Positions 50,464 through 63,044 of a DNA stretch of 64,000 bases are shown in pieces. The first letter of the stretch is position 1, and each line of letters opens with the position of its first letter. The notes beneath the pieces were generated by a model, which worked only from the letters and a program-made list of their open reading frames with translations, was not told the origin of the DNA and did not search any database. Source of the stretch: Macrostomum lignano (Eukaryota); the NCBI GenBank assembly GCA_002269645.1, contig NIVC01002699.1, positions 72,791-136,790 on the forward strand, written 5' to 3'. Made by a program: the position numbers and the translations under genes.

Positions 50464-50974
50464 TTAAGGTCTATGATCAACCCATTAAGGTCTATGATCA
50501 ACCAATTGGAATCCACGAATCATTTTTTAAGTTTTCTGACAAAAATTAAATTAGCTAGGTATAAAATGATCAGATTAAACCCAGGCCAAACTTAATTAGG
50601 ATTCATAGATGAAGATATCCACATCATCCAAGAATGAAGATTCTGCAAGGTCTAACTAAAGAGAAGAGAAGGCAACTCGCGCGGGGTCAGATGAGGACAA
50701 TTTGTACACCAAGAGTGGTCACAAAATTCCTTCTAAGAGTCCAAGCAACTATAAATTTATCGCACCAATTAATCGGCAAATTATCTTTAATCTGCTCTCA
50801 GCCTGGCAGTCAAGTGATTGAGCACTTTATGGTTGGATTTGCAAACTCTTTGGTTGGCTTTTGAGACTGAAGCGCTTTTGAAGAAGAAAATTATAATACG
50901 AGCTCCTGTATTTGCGTTGGATTTTGGATCTTAGTGAACTCGGTGAACTCTGATACTCGTAATTCAAGCAACTA

Positions 50975-51780
50975 AATTCTCCCCTCTCCTCTCCCCCTTA
51001 TCATTCTATCCCCTCTCCTTCTCTGATCCCTTATCTCTCTCTCCCTCTCCTTATTTCCCATCTCCTTCTCTCCTTCTCCCTCTTCTTCTCTCCCTCTCTC
51101 TTTTCTTCTCTCCCTCTCCCTCTTCTTCTCTCCCTCTCCCTCTTCTTCTCTCCCTCTTCTTCTCTCCCTCTCCCCTTTCTTCTCTCCCTCTCCCTCTTCT
51201 TCTCTCCCTCTCCCTCTTCTTCTCTCCCTCTCTCTCTTCTTCTCTCCCTCTCCCTCTTCTTCTCTCCCTCTCCCTCTTCTTCTCTCCCTCTCCCTCTTCT
51301 TCTCTCCCTCTCCCTCTTCTTCTCTCTCTCTCTCTCTCTTCTTCTCTCCCTCTCTCTCTTCTTCTCTCCCTCTCTCTCTTCTTCTCTCCCTCTCTTTCTC
51401 TTTCTCTCCCTCTCTCCCTCTCCCCTCCCCTCTTCTTCTCTCCCTCTCCCCTCCTTTCTCCTTCTCTCCTCTCCTTCTCGTCCTCTCCTTCTCTCCTTCT
51501 CCCTCTCTCCCTCTCCTCTCCCCTCTACTTCTCTCCCCTCTACTTCTCTCCCCTCTCCTTCTCTCCCCTCTCCTTCTCTCCCTTCTCCTCGCCCCTCTCC
51601 TTTCTGTCACCCTTTCCTCTCCTCTCATTCACTCCTCATTCACTCCCTCTCTTCTTTCCCTTCTTCACCCTCTCCCTCAGTCTGCTCCATCCATCTCTCC
51701 CGCTCCATCCCTCCGTTTTCTCTGCCCTCTCCTTCTCTCATCTCTCCTTTACTCTCCCCTATATCCATCCCTCCTCAAAG
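50975..51780. repeat. CT-rich low-complexity / short-unit repeat
   Basis: Directly visible. Confidence 0.9.
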
Positions 51781-52444
51781 CTGACCTCTCCTGTTCCAAA
51801 AAAGCAGAGCAAACCAGCGGCATACCTGAGTCACTGTGAAATTCGTCCCTTCTCATTGAGCCGCGCACACAGCCTGAGCAAAGTAGAAGCAATGAAAACT
51901 CTTTCAACTAGTTTTGACTGTCTTTCTAAATTTTTCTCTTATTGAGCCTTTTTTTCTGCCTCTTTTTCTCTCTCCTAAACAATCTTCTCGGAATGCTTTT
52001 GAATACCAGCTATGACTCTAGCAGCTTAAATAGCTTCGGCTGTTCGAGTCTTTGAAGTCGGGTCCTGTGTGTAGTTAAATATAAATTGCGCAATTTCATC
52101 TGCGACCTACCAAAAAGCAGCCAGAGTTGAGATTGAAAAATTCTAAGGTTGGTTAGCTTATTTAAAAGAAGCCAGTGGCTGTGCTTGCTCTTGGGCAGAG
52201 TTTACAAGCATAAATTTTGATTCTCCACTAATCTCTACTAGTGAGCATCGACCAACCAGGAGAGAGGAGGGGTAGAGAAATATTGTAGCAGCTCAGTCAC
52301 TGCCATAACGAGGCATAATAAAGAATTTTAATGAGCCCCGTGCTCTCTCTACCGCAGTGAAGCTGCGCGAGTTTCAAGCTTTTGAAAAATACACTCAACT
52401 ATTTCTTTTGCATGGATTTCCGATGTACAGACTTTTACAGCGCC

Positions 52445-52857
<413 letters not shown>

Positions 52858-53724
52858 ACTAGTACTACTACTATAAAAAACCAAGAGAAGTAGTCTCAGG
52901 TTTGAGAGTCAATCTCCTGACTAATTAGGCAAAGCTTGGACGCTAAGTCAGTAAATATAAAACAATAACAGTATATTTAAATATGCATATATATAGCATC
53001 TCGCCATCTAATTCACTGTTGAGTAGTGATTCGAATAGTCGTGTTATTAGGCAAAAGAAAATTTCTAAAATTTAACAATTATCTTTTCAAATCTATTTTC
53101 AAGAATTTTAAGCGTTTATAAAAATATAAAAAATATAAATAATCTTGGCATTACAGAATGCACAACAAAGGCGATCTGCTGGTTGAACATGTTTCAGAAG
53201 TCAATTTCAAATCAGTAAATTTACTAAATATTATTTTAATTAAAAAAGATCGTGTTGAGGATTTCCCTACTAAAAATAGCGCGGGGAATACCGATAAAGT
53301 GATTAGACCGTAGTCACAAGAGTATTACATGTAGTATATAAATAAATCATTAATAAGGCATCGTCGAGGAAGTCGTGTGTCAGACAGTGCTGCATCAGAT
53401 TTAGGAATGTAGAAGAAGAAGAAATGAAACAAAAAAACCATCTTGAAACCAATGTACAACTTCAAGTATAATCCGGCCAATTAAACAACCTGAATACGTC
53501 AAACGGAGTTCAGAAATAGTAGGTACGAGTGCAAAGTAGAAAATAAGCGAATCTCTGCTGCATTTGCTTCTATGCACATGTTTAATCAAATAGACAATAA
53601 GTATAAGCAATAACAAATCACAGACAGACAAGATATGAATAGCATCTTGCGCTTCACTTCACAGAAAAGAATTTATCTCTATTGTTTGAGTAGTTTAGTG
53701 ATAAATCACTGACGACAATAGAAT

Positions 53725-54250
53725 TTTTCCTGATCTAATTATAGCAACACATGGGATTTACCAGCTAAGGGTTTTCCTAATCTATTTATAGCAACACTCA
53801 TGGGATTTTCTAGCTGAAGGTTTCCTTATCTAATTATAGCAGCACACATGGGATTTACCAGCTAAGGGTTTTCCTGATCTAATTATAGCAACAAATGGGA
53901 TTTACCAGCTAAGGGTTTTCCTAATCTATTTATAGCAACACTCATGGGATTTTCTAGCTGAAGGTTTCCTTATCTAATTATAGCAGCACACATGGGATTT
54001 ACTAGCTAAGGGTTTTCCTAATCTAATTATAGCAAAACACATGTGATTTTCTAGCTGAGGGTTTTCCTGATCTAATTATAGCAACACATGGGATTTACTA
54101 GCTGAAGGTTTTCCTGATCTAATTATAGCAACACACATGGGATTTACCAGCTGAGAATTTTCCTGTTCTAATTACAACAACTGAGGGTTTCCCTGATCTA
54201 TTTTTAACATCACACATGGAATTTACCCCATTTAGTTTTTCTGCTCCAGG
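53725..54250. repeat. ~48-bp minisatellite downstream of the EVC2-like stop
   Basis: The AGCT..GGTTTTCCT.ATCTAATTATAGCAACAC..ATGGGATTT unit recurs. Confidence 0.85.
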
Positions 54251-54403
54251 TAATTGTGGCAACGCAAATGAGATTTCCCATTAGAAGCGCTGCTCTCAAT
54301 CGTTCAATAATCGTGTAACTACAGTTTATCCAAAATTTTTGATAAATATGAACTAAAGAAACTGACGAGACGAAAAAATCGATTAGTGTGAAGACGATAA
54401 AGC

Positions 54404-57400
54404 TCAGAAGGACTCGTCTGATAGGGTCTCGTCAACGCGTCTCATGGCCGGTTTCAAAGGCGGAAGGTGTTTCTTCTTTTTGCCGGAGGATTTCTTTGAA
54501 CTGAATTCGTCGTCTAGCGGAGGCAAGTCGTTTCCTCGACTGTTGGACGGCCGCTGGCCCGAGTAACTCGCCCTGTCGTACGAACCGTCTATGGGCGTGA
54601 GCGATTCGGAGTTGTAGCTGGACGGAATCGCTTTGAGCTCGCCAGCGGCTTTTCTGGAAACGGAATTTTTTTCAAATTTAGACGCATTTTACAATGTGTT
54701 TTTCGATACATATCGGCCTCGGCGAAAGTAATTCTGTATTTCTGTACTTCATGTAATACTACCGTAGCTCAAAACTGCTACCCTATATCAGTATGGTCAG
54801 CTGGATCTCAGCAAAGTTTTGCCACTTTGCTCACTGTGACTAACCAAAACCAACTTTGCTTAACTTCAACACTGACTGTGAATGCGCCCGACTACTGGGC
54901 TAGCGGTAGTGTTAAGCGATGCGATAGAACTAATAAAGTGAAATCAGTGAATTAGTTATGATTTATTTCATCGATTTATTTCAACTTTTCGTGCGCTTTA
55001 CAGCCATGAGGATTGCTGAGTGGATTGCGCTTACCTGCTGCTCATGCAACCAACTAATTTACTACAGATTTCACAAAGCAAGGCATTAACTTCAGTTTTA
55101 CCTCTTTGGCGATTTTTTTAGCTTCTGTATGGCCAGCAGTGCGTCCACTGTGCCGCCCAGCATCGCGCTGCGGAATTTCATGCTCTTCTCCAGCATCAGC
55201 TGGGTTCGCTCTTCAGCTTCCTGGGCCGCCGCCTCGTCGCCAGCTCGAGCTGGTCGCTTGCCACCTGACGCTGGCTCTTTAGGCAGCATCTTGCTCACCA
55301 CCTGGTCAAGATCTTCGCGACTGCGGCTGGGGAACAGCGCGCACACCAGTTCGAGCAGCTGGTTGTGCGAGAACCTCCCCAGCTCTGCCAGCATGCCGAT
55401 GAATCTGCGTTGGAATTGGTGGCGTGTCCGTGATGCTCTGTCTCCTTTGTCTGAGGCTTGTGTGTCTGTCTACTCTGCATGCCTGCCTGTCTACTCTGCA
55501 TGCCTGCCTGTCTACTCTGCATGCCCTGTCTGTCTACTCTGCATGCCTGTCTGTCTACTCTGCATGCCTGCCTGTCTACTCTGCATGCCCTGTCTGTCTA
55601 CTCTGCATGCCTGTCTGTCTACTCTGCATGCCTGCCTGTCTACTCTGCATGTCTGTCTGTCTACTCTGCATGTCTGTCTGTCTACTCTGCATGCCTGTCT
55701 GTCTACTCTGCATGCCTGTCTGTCTACTCTGCATGTCTGTCTGTCTACTCTGCATGCCTGCCTGTCTACTCTGCATGCCTGCCTGTCTACTCTGCATGCC
55801 TGCCTGTCTACTCTGCATGCCTGCCTGTCTACTCTGCATGCCTGCCTGTCTACCTGTCTACTCTGCATGCCTGTCTGTCTACTCTGCATGTCTGTCTGTC
55901 TACTCTACTTGTCTGTCGGTCTACTCTACTTGTCTGTCGGCCTACTCTACTTGTCTGTCGGTCTACTCTACTTGTCTGTCTGTCTACTCTGCATGTCTGT
56001 CTGTCTACTCTGCATGCCTGCCTGTCTACTCTGCATGTCTGTCTGTCTACTCTGCATGTCTGTCTGTCTACTATACTTGTCTGTCGGTCTACTCTACTTG
56101 TCTGTCTGTCTACTCTACTTGTCTGTCTGTCTACTCTGCATGCCTGCCTGTCTACCTGTCTACTCTGCATGCCTGTCTGTCTACTCTGCATGCCTGCCTG
56201 TCTACTCTGCATGCCTGCCTGTCTACTCTGCATGCCTGCCTGTCTACCTGTTTACTCTGCATGCCTGTCTGTCTACTCTGCATGCCTGCCTGTCTACTCT
56301 GCATGCCTGTCTGTCTACTCTGCATGCCTGCCTGTCTACTCTGCATGCCTGTCTGTCTACTCTGCATGCCTGTCTGTCTACTCTGCATGCCTGTCTGTCT
56401 ACTCTGCATGCCTGTCTGTCTACTCTGCATGTCTGTCTGTCTACTCTGCATGTCTGTCTGTCTACTCTGCATGCCTGTCTGTCTACTCTGCATGCCTGTC
56501 TGTCTACTCTACTAATATACTTGTCTGTCTATCTGTCTGTCTCTCTGTTTGTCTCTCTGTCTACTACATGTCTGTCTGTCTACTTTAAATGTCTATCTAC
56601 TCTGTCTATTCTACTTGGCTGACCTTTTCTGTTAGTTCCTGCTTGTCTTCTGTCTTTTTCATAATTTGCTTCTTGTTCCTTTTCATTTGGTCTCTTTATC
56701 ATCTCCAAGCCTATAGATCGCAAATCTTACGTCATACATTTACAATACCTGCCCATAAAAGTACAATGTCGCAAAATAACTCACTTGAACTCTTCCTGCT
56801 GCAGAATCTCCTGTATCCTCTGCCTATACTTGCGCCTGCTCTCCTGCAGATTCTGGTCCATCTCCCATTCCAGCTGCTTGCGGAATTTCTCAGTCTCAGC
56901 AGCCTGTCTGGTCTCGATCATGGCCCGTCTGAGCTGAGCAGCCACCTTATCGTGCCGACTAACCCCAGCCAGGGACTCTTCAAGGGCGGTGCGTTGCTCG
57001 CGAATCAGCTGGTCCTGCTTCTTTGTGATTCGTCGCTCCATGGCTTCTTGCATTTTCTGGAGAATGGTTTATTAGATGATGATGTAGCTCGTAGTAAGCT
57101 TTGTTCATATTCTTGGAAATCTTAAAATTTTTACTTTGGGTCAAAAAGGGCAATAAAACGCTGGGTCAAAAACCTTCAATTTGGGGTTTTACGAGTTGTA
57201 CAAAAATTAAAACGGTCTGTCTGTCCTCTCAACATTGCTTCTATTTTTAGATCTTAATGTACACATGGCATGCACGTTGGGGAAAGATCGATAGACAACT
57301 TAGGCACGGACTTGGCAAAGGGGTAAGAGGAACAACGTTTTACCCCTTTCCGACTTTTAATGTACATTCACATTAGCCTTGGGCTGGATGTACATTTGGA

Positions 57401-60400
57401 GCTAAAAATAGCCACTCAGAAGAGGGAGTGTGTGCGTGTATGCAGAGCCATTATCCGAAGGGCCTCACCCTCTGCTGACGCTCCCGTTCCTTCTCTTTCT
57501 TAGTGAGAAGGATCTCAAGTTGCTCTTCGTGATCCTGCAGAATCTGCTTGCAGCGATCATCGCTGAGGATGTGCCGATCTGTGAGGTCGTCTATCAGGCT
57601 GAGCTTTAGTTCAGCGATAGCCTTCTGTTGCTCCTCGATTTTGGCCATCTGAAATGATTAGCAATTATGTTATTGCGCCTTGCGTTGGTGCTTGCTGGCG
57701 CCCCTTAGTAAAGAAAGATTCCTCTGGCAGTCTGGCTCCACCTGTTACTCACCTCCTTAGCCTTGTCCAGCTGAAGCTGAGCAACAACAGCCGCCAGTCG
57801 CTCCTCCTGCTCCTTCAACTGCTGCGCTCTTTCCTCTAGCATCTGCAATTGTACTTCCTTCATCTCATCTTCGAGCGAGACTTCTTCACCGCGCATCACT
57901 TCTAGCCTGTCTGCGGCCTGTTTAATCATGTCTTTGGCGGCCTCTTTGCCCGACTGTCCGCCATCTTCATCCTCGTCTTCGCTGTACCGAGCACCTGAGA
58001 GGATGTTGAAGCGTTGAGCGAGAGTCATTATAATGCTTTTTAGCTTTATTAACTAAACCACACAGCTGCATACTTCAACGCCTCTTAGCTTCATCTTACA
58101 ACATCTTTCAGCTTTCTCAATTAAATTCACAAGCTTCATCACCAGCTTCCACTGGATGTCCCAGCTTAATCGTACCAAATTTTCCAGCTTCATCCTACAC
58201 TTTCCACAGTTTCATCCTACATCTTCCAGCTTCATCCTACATCTTCTAGCTTCATCCTACATCTTCTACCTTCATGCTACATCTTCTAGCTTCATCCTAC
58301 ATTTTCCAGCTTCATCCTAAATCTTTCAGCTTCATCTTCTAGCTTCATCCTACATTATCCAGCTTCATCCTAAATCTTCCAGCTCCATCCTACATCTTCT
58401 AGCTTCATCCTACATTTTCCAGCTTCATCATAAATCTTCCACAGATTCTATAACTATAACATCCAGCTTCACGACCGCGCCAAACAGCCTACCAGACTTG
58501 CTCACCCCGTCTCCTGGCTTTATTAGCCGATTCAGCACTCTGCCTGGCTTCCAAAGCCTTCAGACTCGCCGCCTTCCGCCTGGCATAGGCTTCCTCAAGC
58601 AGCCTCTGCTGTCGGATCCTGTTGGACGTGAGGTTCTGATCCATCGTCGACATGTTCCTCTCGTGATCGCGCATAATCCTCTCACGCTCCTCGTCGGACA
58701 TGGCCAACTGCTGATTGAGAATCTCCCTAACAACCGATTTCTCCTGTTCGCGTTGTTCTTCTCTCTCGCGTCGATCGTCAGCCAAACGCTTTTCGAGCGC
58801 CTCGCGACGCTTTCGCAGGGTCTTTTCGAAGGCTTCCCGCTGCTGATGACGCTGCTGATCCTGCTCATTCTGCAGCTTCACCAGCTCCTTGTCGTGCGTG
58901 CGCAGCAGCTTGTCGATCTCGCGTTTGCTAGCGTCTGAAAATTTCAATTCAAAATTAAGCCATTGTAGCACGTTTAGCTTGTAGGAATAAATTTCGATTG
59001 TCGTGCGCTGACTTAGCCTACTGACTAGTCGCACAAAGTAGCAGAGTGAAAACATGACGTTTATAATTGTTTAAATAAAATTAGCGTAAAAAGACAAAAT
59101 AAAAGAGTGATTCACTCTTTAATAGAAAAGGAATTTAGAGAAAAAAACAGAGAAAAGAAAAAAGAGCCCATTTTAATTTTGAACGTTGAACTTGAACATT
59201 GGCTTTACCATTGTCTGCTGTAAATTGTGAAATAAGATTATGAGGTGTTTTTAGTCAAAGGTTTCATGTTTCAAAATTGAAATTTAAAGCATTCAAAAAA
59301 GAGTTTTGCATTCCATCATCGGAATTTTTCTACTCTCACTTCTCTGCTCCCCTTCCGAGATCCCTTCTCCCATTTCTCTCCATTCCTTGCCTATCCCTTT
59401 CCTCTTGATCAAATCAATATCCCAATCTCCTCTGTGACTTAGTCTATTGTTCTGTGCTTGTGCTGCATTAATTAAATATAGAACAGAGAAGTGATCGGGA
59501 ATATTCCTGTACAGCTATCGATGCGTACGCGGCTGGTTGCCTAGGAAATAATTGATGAAGCTCACCAGGGCAACTGGGAAAGATAGAGACTGAATTACAC
59601 GCTGCACTGTGTAGATTTCTAGGGGATCAGAGGGATCCCCTAGGTTACAAAGGCATTTTTCAAGTACATGTAGTATAATCCAGGAAGGCATGCATTGGCA
59701 AATGGTGACACACAGAAAAGATGCGGTGTGTTTAGCAGGCTTCAATTAAATCTGTTTGTAGTTTGAAATAAAAACAGGGCATCAATTTTTAAAAGGATAC
59801 CACGAATTCGGTTGCTAATGGGTAGCCATGACAACGGCTTAGTGAATATTTAGTGTGATCTAGTATGATCTATTGTGATCTAGTGTGATCTAGTGTGATC
59901 TAGTGTGATCCGGTATGATCTAGTGTGATCTAGTGTGATCTAGTGTAATCTAGTGTAATCTAGTGTGATCTAGTGTGATCTAGTGTGATCTAGTGTGATC
60001 TAGTGTGATCTAGTGTGATCTAGTGTGATCTAGTGTGATCTAGTGTGATCTAGTGTGATCTAGTGTGATCTAGTGTGATCTAGTGTGATCTAGTGTGATC
60101 TAGTGTGATCTAGTGTGATCTAGTGTGATCTAGTGTGATCTAGTGTGATCTAGTGTGATCTAGTGTGATCTAGTGTGATCTAGTGTGATCTAGTGTGATT
60201 TAGTGTGATCTAGTGTGATCTAGTGTGATCTAGTGTGATCTAGTGTGATCTAGTGTAATCTAGTGTGATCTAGTGTGATCTAGTGTGATCTAGTGTGATC
60301 CGGTATGATCGAGTGTGATCTAGTGTGATCTAGTGTGATCTAGTGTGATCTAGTGTGATCTAGTGTTATCTAGTGGGATCTAGTGTGATCCGGTATGATC

Positions 60401-62963
60401 GAGTGTGATCTAGTGTGATCTAGTGTGATCTAGTGTAATCTAGTGTGATCTAGTGTGATCTAGTGTGATCTAGTGTGATCTAGTGTGATCTAGTGTGATC
60501 CGGTATGATCGAGTGTGATCTAGTGTGATCTAGTGTAATCTAGTGTGATCTAGTGTAATCTAGTGTGATCTAGTGTGATCTAGTGTGATCTAGTGTGATC
60601 CGGTATGATCGAGTGTGATCTAGTGTGATCTAGTGTGATCTAGTGTAATCTAGTGTGATCTAGTGTGATCTAGTGTGATCTAGTGTGATCTAGTGTGATC
60701 TAGTGTGATCTAGTGTGATCTAGTGTGATCCGGTATGATCGAGTGTGATCTAGTGTGATCTAGTGTGATCTAGTGTGATCTAGTGTGATCTAGTGTTATC
60801 TAGTGGGATCTAGTGTGATCCGGTATGATCGAGTGTGATCTAGTGTGATCTAGTGTGATCTAGTGTGATCTATTGTGATCTAGTGTGATCTAGTGTGATC
60901 TAGTGTGATCTAGTGGGATCTAGTGTGATCTAGTGTGATCTAGTGGGATCTAGTGTGATCTAGTGTGATCTAGTGTGATCTAGTGGGATCTAGTGTGATC
61001 TAGTGTGATCTAGTGTAATCTAGTGTAATCTAGTGTAATCTAGTGTGATCTAGTGTGATCTAGTGTGATCTAGTGTGATCTAGTGTGATCTAGTGATCTA
61101 GTATGATCTAGTGTAATCTAGGGTGATCTAGTGTGATCTAGTGTGATCTAGTGTGAAATAGTGTGATCTAGTGCGATCTAGTGTGATCTAGTGTGATCTA
61201 GTGGGATCTAGTGTGATCTAGTGTGATCTAGTGTGATCTAGTGTGATCTAGTGTGATCTAGTGTGATCTAGTGTGATCTAGTGTGATCTAGTGTGATCTA
61301 GTGTGATCTAGTGTGATCTAGTGTGATCTAGTGTGATCTAGTGTGATCTAGTGGGATCTAGTGTGATCTAGTGTGATCTAGTGTGATCTAGTGTGATCTA
61401 GTGTGTAGTCCACCGTGACGCATTGGTATCTACTGTAATCAACTTTTGATGACTCATTTAATTTCATTTACGCGAATATGAAAAGTACTCTGTGCTCTAT
61501 AAAGAATCAGCCGCTTACCAGCGCTGAGCAGATCGCTGACCAAATTATTTTTAACTTCGGCAACTTCTTTCTTCGCCTTCGCCGTGACCTCCTCCATCTT
61601 CGCATCGAGCGCTTGGATGTCCTCCTCGTCGATTCGACTCTCCGCCTCGTCGCGTTTGTTGCGCTGACGAGCTCGAAGCTCAACCAGCTGTTCGATGCAG
61701 GACACTGCGTCGGCCGCTCCCTCCGTCTGCGACGCGGTGGCCTGCCGCTCCATCTGCTCGCTGGCCTCGTCCAAGCGCTGGCGAGCCTTCGCGTCCAACT
61801 CGCGAAGCGACTCCGCTTTGCGGCGATTTCTCTCCTCGATTAGAGCCTTGCGCTGCACCTTGCGCTCCTCGTCGAATGCCGATTTGCACTTTTTCAGATC
61901 GGCCTGCAACCGCGCCACGGTGTCCTCCATCTTCTCCGGGGTGATCTCGCCGCTGCGCTTTAGTTTCTTCACCATGCCAAGCTGCTGCTTGCTCATGCTG
62001 TTCAGCATTTCAACGTCGTTCTCTCGTTGGATCTCGCTCGCCTCGGCTATCTGTCGACGGCGTTGCAGCTTCTCTTCGAGCATCAGCCGTTGACGGCTCA
62101 GCTCTTGAGCATGGAGCTCGTCTATCTTGCTCTGTACTTTCTGGTGCTGCTTGACGTACCAGTCAGCCTGCTCGTCCGTGGCCGCGGCTTCTTCGACGTC
62201 CGTTTTGATTTCGTCGACACGTTTGACCACGGCGGCCCTACGTCTCGAAGCGAAGTCCTCGCGCTGCTGCTCGAGCTGAGTCTCCCGGTCGAGTCGAAGC
62301 TGATGGACCTTGTCCTGGCGTTCGATTTCGAACTGCTGATCAAGCACAGCCACGAAATCGTCCACCATCTCCTTGGATGCAGTCGGTTCTTTCTCTTTGA
62401 ACTCCGCCAGGCGTTCCTCGCGCTGTTTCCTCTGAGCATTGAGCAGGAGCACCAGGGCCGCTTTGTTGAGCTTGGCCAGTCTGGATAGCAACGATTCTCG
62501 TTCCTTCTTCTCTTCGGAGTTCAGCTGCTCAAGATCGGCCTGTATGCCTTTGTCGAATTTGCTCGTGAGCTCGCGACCCTTGTGATCAGTGAGGGCGCCC
62601 GAGCTGATCATCAGGTTCACCAGCCAGTGGCAGCCCCTGATCCGGTAGTTATTGAACTCGCTATCCAGTTCCTGGTCGGTGTGACGAGCGGTGATCACGT
62701 CAAGGGTGTCCAGGTTGCGATGAACCTCAACGTTGGTGTCTGAATTCATGGCAGCTATCAGCGTGTCGTCTTTTTTGATTGGACTGAAATGATAGATGCG
62801 GCGTGCGACTCTGTTGTATGTATTTTTATAGGATTAGTGATAGGATTAGTGATTTTGATAGGATTAGACGCGACACTCACTGCAAATCCTCAAACTTGAA
62901 CTCGTCTTTGGCGTCTGGTTTGCCCATGCCGAGCTGCTCCTCTGCTACTCGGATCGCTTCCTC
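54404..62963 (-). CDS. EVC2: EVC2/limbin-family (Ellis-van Creveld) coiled-coil protein, 5'-partial (~1016 aa in the window)
   Basis: Exons 62881-62963, 61519-62810, 58506-58934, 57753-57994, 57469-57648, 56785-57056, 55102-55404 and 54404-54653 are GT-AG and in frame to TGA at 54404. Segments such as HRNLDTLDVITARHTDQELD..LMISSGALT and KKLKRSGEITPEKMEDTVARLQADL resemble recalled human EVC2 (ALEELEIATLNRADADLE..NLTSSGHLS; QKHERAGYLDEDQMEMLLERAQTEV). EVC versus EVC2 is not formally resolved. Confidence 0.75.
55463..56590. repeat. 21-bp minisatellite (CTACTCTGCATGCCTGYCTGT)n in an EVC2-like intron
   Basis: Directly visible. Confidence 0.95.
58090..58470. repeat. 20-bp minisatellite (TTCATCCTACATCTTCYAGC)n in an EVC2-like intron
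   Basis: Directly visible. Confidence 0.9.
59850..61405. repeat. 10-bp satellite (TAGTGTGATC)n in an EVC2-like intron
   Basis: About 155 units with interspersed CGGTATGATC variants. Confidence 0.98.
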
Positions 62964-63044
62964 CTGGAATTGAAAGGGTTAGGACTTCTTGAAGGATGCC
63001 GATGAAAGGATTCGCACCGATGATTTGCCTTAGACAGCGTGCTA

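Larger units (their letters stand above)
47645..50502. repeat. 21-bp repeat (GATCAACCCATTAAGGTCTAT)n in two parts (47645-47759 and 50464-50502), split by the piggyBac
   Basis: The same TTAA-containing unit lies on both flanks. Confidence 0.9.

Noticed and set aside
53401-53631. Small hydrophobic ORF (-) as a membrane peptide
   Set aside because: TTG start, AT-rich composition, and no supporting splice or codon evidence.
55405-55453. Upstream CAG acceptor at ~55450 for the EVC2-like exon
   Set aside because: It requires phase 1, but the preceding donor (56785) is phase 2; the acceptor at 55404 keeps the frame.
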